Shown: piece after piece, positions 17,469 to 26,443 of the stretch
How positions within the stretch are numbered: the stretch's first letter is position 1
Layout of the letters: each line of letters opens with the position of its first letter
DNA from: an uncultured Gammaproteobacteria bacterium
GTDB taxonomy: Bacteria; Pseudomonadota; Gammaproteobacteria; Steroidobacterales; Woeseiaceae
NCBI GenBank assembly: GCA_963850825.1
Contig: CAWKOQ010000015.1
Coordinates: forward strand, 406 to 64,405
Length of the DNA stretch: 64,000 bases
Direction: 5' to 3'
The notes under the pieces: model-generated
What the model was told of the DNA's origin: nothing
Databases searched by the model: none
The model's input: only the letters and a program-made list of their open reading frames with translations
Made by a program: the position numbers and the translations under genes

Positions 17469-18416
17469 CTAGTCACGATCGTAGCTGACGTCATGCGGGT
17501 TCAATATCTGTTCACATTCATTGCAGACCGCTTCGCCGTGAAACAGTTTGTCACAGGGCAGATGCGTCAATTCTAGAGGCTCTTTGCCGGGCTTGATCAG
17601 CCAGCGGTTGGCCCAGTCGTGCAGCGCGATGGTATGCGCATACAGGTCTCTGCCCTTTTCCGACAGATGGTACTCGTGCCTGACGGGCCGTTCGCGATAG
17701 GGCACACGATCCAGAACGCCGGTCTGGACGAGCAGCCGCAGGCGATCCGCCAGAATGTTCGTCGCAATGCCGATTGCCGACGCAATATCGTCGAACCGCT
17801 GAAGTCCGAAGAAACCCGCGGCCAGAACCAGCGACGTCCAACGATCGCCGACGCAATCGAGCACCGAAACGTCTTCCTTGCCAAAATCGCCGCTCTTCTC
17901 TTGCTTCGATTTGGAGCGGCGTTGATACCTCGGCGGCAATTTCTTTACAGCAGCGAAGTTCTTTCCGGGCGAAAACCTGACGTCCTGCGGGAGCACTTTT
18001 TGTTTGCACTCGCCGCACCGGTAGATCGGCACCATCGGCTTTCCGCATGACTTGTGGATCAGTGATTCGGGCAGGTAACGGCGCTGTCCCCAATTGTGCT
18101 CCCAAGCCCACATCAATAGCACGACGGGATACAGGTCGAGGCCTTTGTCGGTCAGTCGATACTCATAGCGCATCGGGCTCGTCTGATAAGGGTTCTTGTA
18201 GAGGATGCCTTTCCCGACCAGCGACTTCAGTCGCGACGCCAGCGTACCGCGCGCCGCACTGGTGGACTTCCTGAGATCTTCGAAACGTCGTACGCCGAGA
18301 TAGATGTCCCTCATGATCAGGAAAGCCCAGCTGTCGCCGATAACCGCCAGGGCCTGCGCCACCTGACTGCTGAGGATAAGATCCGAATCGACTTGTGGTT
18401 TCGGCTTGTCGTTCAC
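17469..18416 (-). CDS. Tandem double HxlR-type winged-helix regulator with two H/Cys3 Zn-ribbon-like inserts
   Basis: Two HxlR repeats (…RFEDLRKSTSAARGTLASRLKSLVGKGIL…RYEYRLTDKG and …RFDDIASAIGIATNILADRLRLLVQTGVL…RHEYHLSEKG). The repeats are followed by HKSCGKPMVPIYRCGECKQ and HLPCDKLFHGEAVCNECEQ respectively. The GTG start overlaps the upstream stop (GTGA). Confidence 0.8.
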   Translation of the reverse strand: MNDKPKPQVDSDLILSSQVAQALAVIGDSWAFLIMRDIYLGVRRFEDLRKSTSAARGTLASRLKSLVGKGILYKNPYQTSPMRYEYRLTDKGLDLYPVVLLMWAWEHNWGQRRYLPESLIHKSCGKPMVPIYRCGECKQKVLPQDVRFSPGKNFAAVKKLPPRYQRRSKSKQEKSGDFGKEDVSVLDCVGDRWTSLVLAAGFFGLQRFDDIASAIGIATNILADRLRLLVQTGVLDRVPYRERPVRHEYHLSEKGRDLYAHTIALHDWANRWLIKPGKEPLELTHLPCDKLFHGEAVCNECEQILNPHDVSYDRD

Positions 18417-18880
18417 GGGTGAGGCCGATTCTTCCCTGGTGGCATAGGGATCATGCCGCTTGTGGATTCCATGTATTCCTTATAACCGGGCCGTTCTCTG
18501 GCGAGTTTCTTGTCGAGCGTCGCCTGCCCCGTGACGTTGACTATCAGGTAAGTATACAGAACCGGTCCGATGATCGTTAAAAGGCCCGGCGGAACGTCGC
18601 AGGCGATGAGAAACAGTCCCCACCAGACGCACAGTTCACCGAAGTAGTTCGGATGCCGCGAGTATCGCCACAATCCGCTGCGCAGTATTGTGCCCTTACT
18701 CGCAGGTTCGGCACGAAAGCGCGTCAGCTGTAAGTCCGCGACTGTTTCAAAAACGAAGCCGATCAACCAGACGGACACGCCGACATAGGTCGGCCATCCG
18801 AGTTCCGAAGGAAACGTAAACATCTGACCGAGTTGTACTGGCACGGAAACGAACCAGATCACCTGCCCGATTGACTCCAC
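18413..18880 (-). CDS. Short DUF1295 / ICMT-steroid-reductase-fold membrane protein (C-terminal half only relative to paralogs)
   Basis: GLWRYSRHPNYFGELCVWWGLF and the tail align with 47731-48540 and 52725-53543, but ~115 N-terminal residues are missing. GTG start with GGAG 9 nt upstream. Confidence 0.7.
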   Translation of the reverse strand: MESIGQVIWFVSVPVQLGQMFTFPSELGWPTYVGVSVWLIGFVFETVADLQLTRFRAEPASKGTILRSGLWRYSRHPNYFGELCVWWGLFLIACDVPPGLLTIIGPVLYTYLIVNVTGQATLDKKLARERPGYKEYMESTSGMIPMPPGKNRPHP

Positions 18881-18914
18881 TTATGCGTCTCCACCCCACT
18901 TATGCGTCTCCACC
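18877..18914. repeat. Perfect 19-bp tandem duplication spanning the SD and GTG start of the short DUF1295 gene
   Basis: CCACTTATGCGTCTCCACC x2 (gene strand: GGTGGAGACGCATAAGTGG x2). Confidence 0.95.
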
Positions 18915-18949
18915 CCGCTGGTTCGTTGCTGGCTAAAGCGGTTTTTATT

Positions 18950-18966
18950 AGTCTAATAATGAAAGT
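18950..18966 (-). promoter_or_regulatory. Operator-like 17-mer (17/17)
   Basis: + strand AGTCTAATAATGAAAGT, reverse complement ACTTTCATTATTAGACT. It lies 69 nt upstream of GTG 18880, or 50 nt if the 19-bp duplication is removed. Confidence 0.75.
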
Positions 18967-19081
18967 CAGTATTCGCAAGTCGGGGACGCCATCAGGCAGG
19001 GTGCGACAGACGTGTGGGCGCAAAAATCCTGTCGTGGATCGCCTTGTGACAGAGTACGACGCCGAAAAGCATCTTCCCTGA

Positions 19082-19948
19082 TCAGTTGCCGAGGCTGGCG
19101 AGAAATTTCTCGTAGTTGTCGTACCCACTATCGAACTCGAGATCCAGCCCGTCAGAGGCCAGTTTCTGCCAGTCACGATTGTCGAATCCTGATGCCAGCG
19201 TGGTTGCAGTCGTCTTCATTTTTGCTCTCGCGACGCCGCCACCGCCGGCAATCAGAATCTCGCCGGTGACAGTCCCGGTCGTGAGCCACGCGACGACCGG
19301 TGCAACATGCTCGGGAGCGAGTCGTCCGAACGCCTCATCTGTAACAAGCCCATCAATCATCTGCGTCGCTCCATACGGCGAGATCGCGTTGACAGCAACG
19401 TTTCTCGATGCGCCTTCGAGACTCAGCGAGCGCATCAGGCCGGTAAGTGCGGCTTTCGATGTCGAGTATGCCGGCAGCCCCAATTGGCCGAAAAGGCCAG
19501 CCGAAGAGATGGTAACGACGATGCTGCCACGTCGCTGCTCGCACATATGACGAAATACAGGGTGTGCAACATTCAGCGTTCCCATCAGGTTAACGTCCAG
19601 ATTGCGTCGCAGTTCCGGCAAACTTTGCTTGCGAAACGTAGCGTTCTCTGTAACACCTGCATTGGCGACGAGCGAATCGAGACGGCCGAAGTTCTGCAGT
19701 GCCGTGGCAAGAAGCGAATCGCCCGCGCAGGGTTCCTCGACAGAACTGTGCTCTGCGACGGCTTCCCCCCCTGCCGCGACGATCTCGTCGACGACTCGAT
19801 CTGCCGATGACTCCTCCTCTCCTTCGTGGCTGCGGTTATTGACAACAACACTCGCACCGCGCGCCGCAAAAAACAGGGCGTAGGCACGGCCGAGCCCTTT
19901 CCCTGCACCGGTAATCGCAACGACCTTGCCCTTGAACTCAGTTGTCAT
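19082..19948 (-). CDS. SDR, MFE-2/17beta-HSD4-type (probable 3-hydroxyacyl-CoA dehydrogenase)
   Basis: KGKVVAITGAGKGLGRAYALFFAARGASVVVNN and YSTSKAAL. Start trimmed to 19948. Confidence 0.85.
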   Translation of the reverse strand: MTTEFKGKVVAITGAGKGLGRAYALFFAARGASVVVNNRSHEGEEESSADRVVDEIVAAGGEAVAEHSSVEEPCAGDSLLATALQNFGRLDSLVANAGVTENATFRKQSLPELRRNLDVNLMGTLNVAHPVFRHMCEQRRGSIVVTISSAGLFGQLGLPAYSTSKAALTGLMRSLSLEGASRNVAVNAISPYGATQMIDGLVTDEAFGRLAPEHVAPVVAWLTTGTVTGEILIAGGGGVARAKMKTTATTLASGFDNRDWQKLASDGLDLEFDSGYDNYEKFLASLGN

Positions 19949-19956
19949 ACTCTTCC

Positions 19957-21438
19957 TCACTCCTGCGCCCCGGGGCGCTTCAATGCGAACAGTTCTGCAA
20001 GGTCCCGGCGAACGACTTTGCCAACGGCGTTTCTTGGCAAGTCGTCGACGAAATGCACAGCCTTGGGTGTTCTGACCGAACCGAGCTCCTGTTTTACAAT
20101 TTCGATTACCGACTTTTCGTCGGTGTGACCGTTCGCGACCACCGCAACCTCGATGCGCTCGCCCCAGTAGTCGTCCGGGATGCCAAAGACACAGCACTCC
20201 CTTACACCGGGTACCGTGGCGAGTACGTTCTCAATCTCTGCCGGATAGACGTTAAAACCGCCTGTAATTATCACGTCACTAATTCGACCTGCCAGTGCCA
20301 GGTAACCCTCGGCATCGAGTGAGCCGAGGTCACCGGTAGCCAACCAGCCGTCGCGAATCGTGGCCTTGGTCATTTCGGGCTCGTCGAGGTAGCCCTGCAT
20401 TACGATTGGGCCCTTCGCCTCGATACGGCCAATTGTGCCTGCCGTGACTTCGACACCGCCCTCGTCAACAACGCGCACGTGGCTGTTGACACACACCTTG
20501 CCGACGGTGCCGCGCAGCTTCGGATCCCGCATATCTTCTGTGCCGAGGCCGCAGATCGTAACCGGCGCCTCGGTCAGGCCGTACAGCGCCGAGATGCGCG
20601 GGCCAATTGCCCGCTGCGCCTCGACGATGCGTTCGGGCGGCATCGGTGCCGCACTATAGGTCAGGTGCCGCAGCATCGGAAACTGCCCGGGCGACAGACC
20701 GTCCGTCTGCATTAGCTTGTATATGAGTGTCGGCGGCATAAACGTGACGGTCGTATTGTCGCGCATCGCTGCCAGAATCGAATCCGGCGAACGGTCGGGA
20801 AGAAAACGATGTCGCCCGCCCGCCGCCAGGACCGGAAACAGGTAATGCGAAGACCCGTGAGTCAGCGGTGCGACGGCCAGGTTACAGTCACCGGGGCCGA
20901 ACTCGTAGAAAGCCTGCATGTTTTCGATCACGGCGAGCATGTTGCCGTGTGTCTGCACGACGCCTTTCGGCTCGCCCGACGTTCCGCCCGTAAACTTGAT
21001 CGCGGCGATTTCACTAGTCGCCGGGTGCCGCGGTTCGAATGTGTCGTTCTCAGCCGGAAACTGGTCCAGCCTGTATAGCTGATCCGTCTCAGGCACGTGG
21101 TCGACGGATTCGCGACCGACACACAGCAGATCGGGTTTCGCCTTGTTTACTAGGGTCGAGTTCAGTTCGCGCCCGTTGGCCGGATTGAGCGGCACCCAGA
21201 CGAAACCCGATATGAGGATCGCAAGGTACGTAACGAGATGATCAGTATGATTCGCGGCACAGAGCGCAATGCGACCGCCGTTCGGAACCAGACTTTGCAG
21301 CGCGGCACTCGTTGATTCGACTCGTCGTATCAGGTCCTCGTACGAGACTGCATCGTCACCGTCTTCTACCGCCGTTGCCTCGGGGTCCAACTCGGCACCC
21401 CGATACAGCAAACGACTGAGACTTTCGGCGACGGCCAT
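19957..21438 (-). CDS. Adenylate-forming acyl-CoA synthetase
   Basis: FTGGTSGEPKGVVQTH P-loop. 493 aa. Confidence 0.9.
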   Translation of the reverse strand: MAVAESLSRLLYRGAELDPEATAVEDGDDAVSYEDLIRRVESTSAALQSLVPNGGRIALCAANHTDHLVTYLAILISGFVWVPLNPANGRELNSTLVNKAKPDLLCVGRESVDHVPETDQLYRLDQFPAENDTFEPRHPATSEIAAIKFTGGTSGEPKGVVQTHGNMLAVIENMQAFYEFGPGDCNLAVAPLTHGSSHYLFPVLAAGGRHRFLPDRSPDSILAAMRDNTTVTFMPPTLIYKLMQTDGLSPGQFPMLRHLTYSAAPMPPERIVEAQRAIGPRISALYGLTEAPVTICGLGTEDMRDPKLRGTVGKVCVNSHVRVVDEGGVEVTAGTIGRIEAKGPIVMQGYLDEPEMTKATIRDGWLATGDLGSLDAEGYLALAGRISDVIITGGFNVYPAEIENVLATVPGVRECCVFGIPDDYWGERIEVAVVANGHTDEKSVIEIVKQELGSVRTPKAVHFVDDLPRNAVGKVVRRDLAELFALKRPGAQE

Positions 21439-21439
21439 C

Positions 21440-22678
21440 TTAGTGCGCCAGCACGGTTACGGCCGTCGCGGCTTCCTCGACGTCGTAGAAGCCGCCACCG
21501 TTCTCTGCCACGGCGACATGCGCATCGGCGACTTGTCGATCATCCGCCTCGCCACGCAATTGCGTAACGAGTTCGAAGACCTGTGCGATCCCGGTTGCGC
21601 CGACCGGGTGACCTTTGGAGACAAGGCCGCCCGATGGATTGACCGGCACCTGCCCCCCAATACTCGTGGCACCCGATTCACTAAAAGGGCCGCCCTCGCC
21701 TTGCGCGCAAAGCCCAAGATTCTCGATCTGCAGGATCTCGGCAAACGAGGTCGCATCGTGCACCTCGGCAACATCGACGTCCGCAGCCGATATTCCCGCC
21801 TGTGCGTAGGCCTGCAGTGCCGCGTGCCGCCCGATATGGTTCTCGTAATCGCCAATATCACGCCGCGTGCCGCTGGCCAGGCTCAGGCCGCGGATCTCGA
21901 TCGCGCGCGATCGGTCGAATTCCGCGAGGGAGGACTCCGTGCAAACGATCGCAGCCGCCGCCCCGTCCGAGATCGGCGCACACATCGAGCGCGTAAACGG
22001 CCAGCAGATCGGCTTGTCCGCGAGCACCTCGTCGACGGTCATGTCGACCCGGTACTGCGACAACGGATTCATCGTCGAATGATGGTGGTTCTTGGCCGCA
22101 ACCGCAGCCAGCTGTCGCACCGTCGTGGCGAATGTCTTCATATGCTGGCGCGCGAACGCGGCATAGACGTCCATGAAAAAACTGCGCTGGGCTGTGTCAC
22201 TCGCCTCAGCCGGGGCAACCTCGGCCGCCAGTGTATTGACCCAAGCCTGAGTCGCGGCAACGGCATGAATGTCTGTGCCACCTTTGAATGCGGCCAACAT
22301 CGCCTCAGGCTTGTCAGGAAAGAACATCTTTTCCGCGCCGACAACCAGGGCGACTTCGGCCAGGCCGGCCTTGAGATATGCCACCGACTGCAACAACGCC
22401 GTGCTGCCGCTGGCGCAGGCGTTCTCGATGTTTGCGATCGGGATACCGTCAAAACCAAGCGGCCGCAGCGCGATCTGCCCCCTTACGGTGTTTTGCCCTT
22501 CGAGCATTGGCTGTCGCGTGTTGGCGAACCAGGCCGCCTGAACCCGGTCCACGTCAATGCCGGCATCGGAAAGCGCCAGGCCCACGGACTCACGGGTCAG
22601 GTCCTTGACTGATCGATCCGGCATCTTGCCTAGCTGCGTCATCCCGATGCCGACGACAAAGATTCTAGCGGCTCCCAT
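21440..22678 (-). CDS. Thiolase-fold protein, SCP-x type
   Basis: MGAARIFVVGIGMTQLGK..., NACASGSTAL and GHPVGATG. Start trimmed to 22678. Confidence 0.85.
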   Translation of the reverse strand: MGAARIFVVGIGMTQLGKMPDRSVKDLTRESVGLALSDAGIDVDRVQAAWFANTRQPMLEGQNTVRGQIALRPLGFDGIPIANIENACASGSTALLQSVAYLKAGLAEVALVVGAEKMFFPDKPEAMLAAFKGGTDIHAVAATQAWVNTLAAEVAPAEASDTAQRSFFMDVYAAFARQHMKTFATTVRQLAAVAAKNHHHSTMNPLSQYRVDMTVDEVLADKPICWPFTRSMCAPISDGAAAAIVCTESSLAEFDRSRAIEIRGLSLASGTRRDIGDYENHIGRHAALQAYAQAGISAADVDVAEVHDATSFAEILQIENLGLCAQGEGGPFSESGATSIGGQVPVNPSGGLVSKGHPVGATGIAQVFELVTQLRGEADDRQVADAHVAVAENGGGFYDVEEAATAVTVLAH

Positions 22679-22683
22679 GATCC

Positions 22684-24372
22684 TCAGCCTGTTTCTGCAG
22701 CGGCGGGAAACTTCGTCTGTACGATGCGAAAACGACTCGTCACAAACGCGAGATCGGACAGGCATGCATTGCCGGCCGGGTTCAAACCCGTGACATGAAA
22801 GTCAGAATAGGCAGCGGCAAAGTTGATAGGCATGCCGATCAGATTACATGCCAGTGACGCGCCTGCCATGTGATACGCGTTTTCCGCAAGCTCGAGGAAA
22901 TGCGCATCGGTCGAATAGACGTGTGACGTAATTGCACCGTGATCGCGCACGTCTTCGGTCGCGCGCTGCAGCGCATGGTCGGCATTATCGCAGCCGATAA
23001 CGAACGATATCGGCCCGAAATGTTCTTTGCCGTACAGCGCTCTGTCGCCGGCGTCGACCTTGAGCATCAACGGCGTCGCGGTCCGCGCTTTGTCGTACTC
23101 GGGATGCTCGTACGGGCCCGATTCGCGCAGCACGCTCACACCGGCGGCGGCAGCCATGGACTTGATCGCGCCATAGATATTCTCGTCAACGAGCGTACCG
23201 CAAAGATATGCGGCCTGTTTGGGATTTGCGATCAGCTTGTCGACCGCAGCAACAAGAGCATGGCAGATATCGTCGAAAGACTTGTGCCCTGCATCTGTAG
23301 CAATCCCGTCCCGCGGCACGAAAATGTTCTGCACGCTGGTGCACATCTGCGCTGATGCCTGACAAAGGGAATGCGCGATCGCATCGCACATGCCCTGGAA
23401 GTCGTCGCTCGATTCGATGACGACCGAATTGCATCCCGCCGTCTCGGTATAGACGAGCGCATTCGGACAATTGTCTTCGATCCACTTGCCGAACTGTGGC
23501 CCTCCCGTGAAATCGATGATTGCCGTGTCGGGGTGATGCAAAAGTTCGATCGTAACTGGCGTGTCCCCTGTATCCGCTGCCATTGTCACGAGATTCGGGT
23601 CGTGGCCGTTTTTGGCGAGTACCTCACGCATCGCGCGTACGAACAGCGCTACTGGCAGCGTCGTTTTCGGATGCGGTTTGACGACGACCGGGTTGCCAGT
23701 CGCGAGACTTGCGAGGATGGCAGGATAGCCGTTCCACTGCGGGAACGTCGCACATGTAATCACAACCGAAGTGCCGCGAGGAATCAGGCGATAACGTTTC
23801 TCGAGACGAGTTTCCGCGGCGGCGCCGAAACGACGCTCCCAACTCGCCGTTGCAGGCACATCCTTCATCGCCTTGTACGCATACGCGAGTGCCTCGAGAC
23901 CGCGATCCAGTGCGTTGGCACCGCAGCCGGCGAACGCCATGATGAAGCTCTGCCCCGCCGTGTGCACGGTGGCATGCGCATTGACGAACAGCGAATCGGG
24001 TTGGCCCAACCGGTCGAGAATTTCGAGACACACGCCGACACGTTCTTCCGTATCCAGTGCACACCATTCCCGTTGCGCGACCCTGGCCGCCTCGAACAGC
24101 GTGTGGACATCGACTTTCGGATAGGTGATGCCGAGTGGCGATTCCGTAAATGGCGATACTTCTTCACCGACGCGATCGATCGTGCCCGGCATGTCCATCG
24201 CAAACGGTCGGCCCAGCAACGCGTCGAACGCCGCCTTGCCCTGCGCAGGAATCTCCTTGCCGTGTATCTTGCTGCTTGGAGATTCGGGATACGCGGTCCA
24301 CGAATAGCGCTTTTTGCAGGCATCGATTGCCTTGTCCAGCAAAGCGCGATGCTGCTCGAATAACTTGCTCAT
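22684..24372 (-). CDS. Aldehyde dehydrogenase, PaaN-like (long ~560-aa subtype)
   Basis: 562 aa in the ALDH superfamily. The N-terminus MSKLFEQHRALLDKAIDACKKRYSWTAYPESPS resembles PaaN-type enzymes. Confidence 0.7.
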   Translation of the reverse strand: MSKLFEQHRALLDKAIDACKKRYSWTAYPESPSSKIHGKEIPAQGKAAFDALLGRPFAMDMPGTIDRVGEEVSPFTESPLGITYPKVDVHTLFEAARVAQREWCALDTEERVGVCLEILDRLGQPDSLFVNAHATVHTAGQSFIMAFAGCGANALDRGLEALAYAYKAMKDVPATASWERRFGAAAETRLEKRYRLIPRGTSVVITCATFPQWNGYPAILASLATGNPVVVKPHPKTTLPVALFVRAMREVLAKNGHDPNLVTMAADTGDTPVTIELLHHPDTAIIDFTGGPQFGKWIEDNCPNALVYTETAGCNSVVIESSDDFQGMCDAIAHSLCQASAQMCTSVQNIFVPRDGIATDAGHKSFDDICHALVAAVDKLIANPKQAAYLCGTLVDENIYGAIKSMAAAAGVSVLRESGPYEHPEYDKARTATPLMLKVDAGDRALYGKEHFGPISFVIGCDNADHALQRATEDVRDHGAITSHVYSTDAHFLELAENAYHMAGASLACNLIGMPINFAAAYSDFHVTGLNPAGNACLSDLAFVTSRFRIVQTKFPAAAETG

Positions 24373-24593
24373 GCCTGCCCCGTCAAATGATCAATGCCGC
24401 AGATGTTGCTGTCACGTACAACTTGTCATCGGTATCAACGATGCGACCATCGGCGCCGCTCGAGAAGCGCGGTACACGCTCCATGCCGGTCAAATGTGCC
24501 AAATCCTTATTGTAGTTGGAAGCCATGGGATTATTGTCTTATAGAGCCAACGTCGCAGATGGCGCCAGATCCAGGCAAGAGTGATGACTAGTT

Positions 24594-24610
24594 ACTTGTA
24601 TAATTAGACT
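24594..24610 (+). promoter_or_regulatory. Operator-like 17-mer (16/17)
   Basis: ACTTGTATAATTAGACT, 61 nt upstream of GTG 24672. It lies in the 300-bp divergent gap. Confidence 0.7.
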
Positions 24611-24671
24611 TATAGACGATATCATGCCAAATCCGGGATTCGCAAGCTGACAGGCTGGGAGCGCAGAGAAC

Positions 24672-25562
24672 GTGCTAAATGATTTCCTGAAGCTGCAGGC
24701 CGACATGCTCGCCGCCAGGGCCGAACTCGGACTGGCCCTGTCCGGCGGCTGGTTACTGGACAAGGCGGCTCCGTGCGCTGACGGCAACCGCCCCGTCGTG
24801 ACAATCCCGGGATTCCTGGCATCAGAGACCACGCTTTCGCGGCTCGGGCGATTCCTGAACAGGCATGGATTCGCGGCACAAAGCTGGGGCATGGGACGCA
24901 ATCTCGGGCCGCAAGGCCGAAGCTGGAGCGACGTTCTCGATCAGATGACGCACCAGGTCGGCGAAACTATTCGCCGCCTCGCCGACGAGCATTCGGCGCC
25001 TGTGGCATTGATTGGACAGAGTCTCGGCGGCGTATACGCGCGCGAGTTGGCGGCGCACATGCCGGACGAGATCGATCGCGTCATCATGCTTGGTTCGCCA
25101 ACACTGCACCCCTATATGCAGACGCACGACAATCGCGTGATTGCGCAAATGGGCTACTGGGTGAGCCGTCAGTCACACGCCGAGATGGCTGGTCGCCGCG
25201 GCTTGTTACACCTCGGTCCCGATCGTCCACCGCTGCCGTGCATATCGATTCACAGCCCGTGCGACGGAGTCGTTGACGAGTCATCAGCAGTAATACCGCA
25301 GTACATCGTCGATCAAAGCGATAACGCCGCGCCGAGAGAAAATCTCCGTGTACTCTCCTCGCACGTCGGCATGTCCGTCAATCCCTGGGTAATGCTCGCC
25401 ATCGCCGACAGACTTGTCCAGGATCGCGACGACTGGGAGCCATTCGACCCCTATCGTTACTTTCCGGAAAATCTCGAAGCTGTCGTCTCAAGACTCTACC
25501 CTGCTCAGGATGAAGATGCAGTCGCAGCCGACATCACGGCGCTCGCGGAGAGCGGACCGTGA
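24672..25562 (+). CDS. Alpha/beta hydrolase (lipase/esterase-like)
   Basis: GQSLGG nucleophile elbow. 296 aa. First gene of a 4-gene, translationally coupled operon. Confidence 0.75.
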   Translation: MLNDFLKLQADMLAARAELGLALSGGWLLDKAAPCADGNRPVVTIPGFLASETTLSRLGRFLNRHGFAAQSWGMGRNLGPQGRSWSDVLDQMTHQVGETIRRLADEHSAPVALIGQSLGGVYARELAAHMPDEIDRVIMLGSPTLHPYMQTHDNRVIAQMGYWVSRQSHAEMAGRRGLLHLGPDRPPLPCISIHSPCDGVVDESSAVIPQYIVDQSDNAAPRENLRVLSSHVGMSVNPWVMLAIADRLVQDRDDWEPFDPYRYFPENLEAVVSRLYPAQDEDAVAADITALAESGP

Positions 25563-26443
25563 ACCAGCCGGCGATCAGACTTCCTGCACCGATCGTCACG
25601 CTGTCCGACGAACATCGTTACATGAACCTGTTGGTCGAAACGCTGGATGAGCACCTCGAGAGCATGAATGAGCCCGCCATGGGCGACTATTTCCTGATGC
25701 AGGACATCGTGCGCTACATGCACGACTATTCCGACAAAGTGCACCACCCAACCGAAGACCTGATGTTCGACAAACTGGTGCGGCGAAACCCCGCTCGTGA
25801 GAAGGACGTGGCACGCCTGCGGCGGGAACATGGCTTCCTGGACAACAATACGAGCGAGCTCATGGACTTGCTCGAGGTTGCCGCCGAACGCCAAACAGCC
25901 GCAGATGCGAAGGCTGTGCGCGACGCTGTTGGCGCTTACATCCACAGACTCCGGCAACACATGCAGTTTGAGGAAAGCGAACTTTTCCCAAGTGCAACCC
26001 GATGCCTGGCGAGCAAGGACTGGCATGACATCGAGGCGCGCCTCGAGGCGGCGGAAGATCCACTCTTCGGCGAGACCGTCCAGCGCGAATACCGGGTCCT
26101 TTACGAGTACTTCGCCAATCGTTCCGGACAGATTTCGCGCAAGGTGACAAACTTCGGGTTCCTGCAACTCGACAATATGATTGTCAGTGCTGACGCTATC
26201 GAGACAGGCATCTCGGAAATGTGGCAGATGCTGCAGGAGCACGCATCCTCGCTCGAACGGGAGTTCCGAGACGTCACCGAAAAAGCGGCTGATAGCGGTG
26301 GCATCGCTGCCAGGATTGCGCAGCAAGCAGAATATGCCGGGGTCGTCGGAAAAACGGCGTTGTCAGCGGGCAGCGGAGCAGCCGGCATCTATTTCAGGAC
26401 ATTGAAGAACGCCGCCGTATCATTTTTCAAGGGCGCGCAGTGA
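25559..26443 (+). CDS. Hemerythrin (HHE cation-binding) domain protein with Ala/Gly-rich C-terminal tail
   Basis: LSDEHRYM, HHPTEDLMFDKL and HMQFEESELF are His/Glu ligand-like motifs. GTGA overlaps occur at both ends. Confidence 0.75.
   Translation: MNQPAIRLPAPIVTLSDEHRYMNLLVETLDEHLESMNEPAMGDYFLMQDIVRYMHDYSDKVHHPTEDLMFDKLVRRNPAREKDVARLRREHGFLDNNTSELMDLLEVAAERQTAADAKAVRDAVGAYIHRLRQHMQFEESELFPSATRCLASKDWHDIEARLEAAEDPLFGETVQREYRVLYEYFANRSGQISRKVTNFGFLQLDNMIVSADAIETGISEMWQMLQEHASSLEREFRDVTEKAADSGGIAARIAQQAEYAGVVGKTALSAGSGAAGIYFRTLKNAAVSFFKGAQ

Noticed and set aside
21269-22612. A 447-aa ORF on the + strand. Similar long antisense ORFs occur at 23371-24363 (+), 45238-46212 (+), 8873-9559 (-), 25505-26326 (-), 16275-17018 (-), 38989-39606 (-), 12518-13351 (+) and 5264-6034 (+).
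   Set aside because: Each lies antisense to a gene with unmistakable family motifs (thiolase, ligase, ALDH, TBDR, oxygenase, hemerythrin and others). Their translations are Arg/Ser/Pro-rich and low in complexity, as expected for shadow ORFs in GC-rich coding DNA. Several of them span two real genes.
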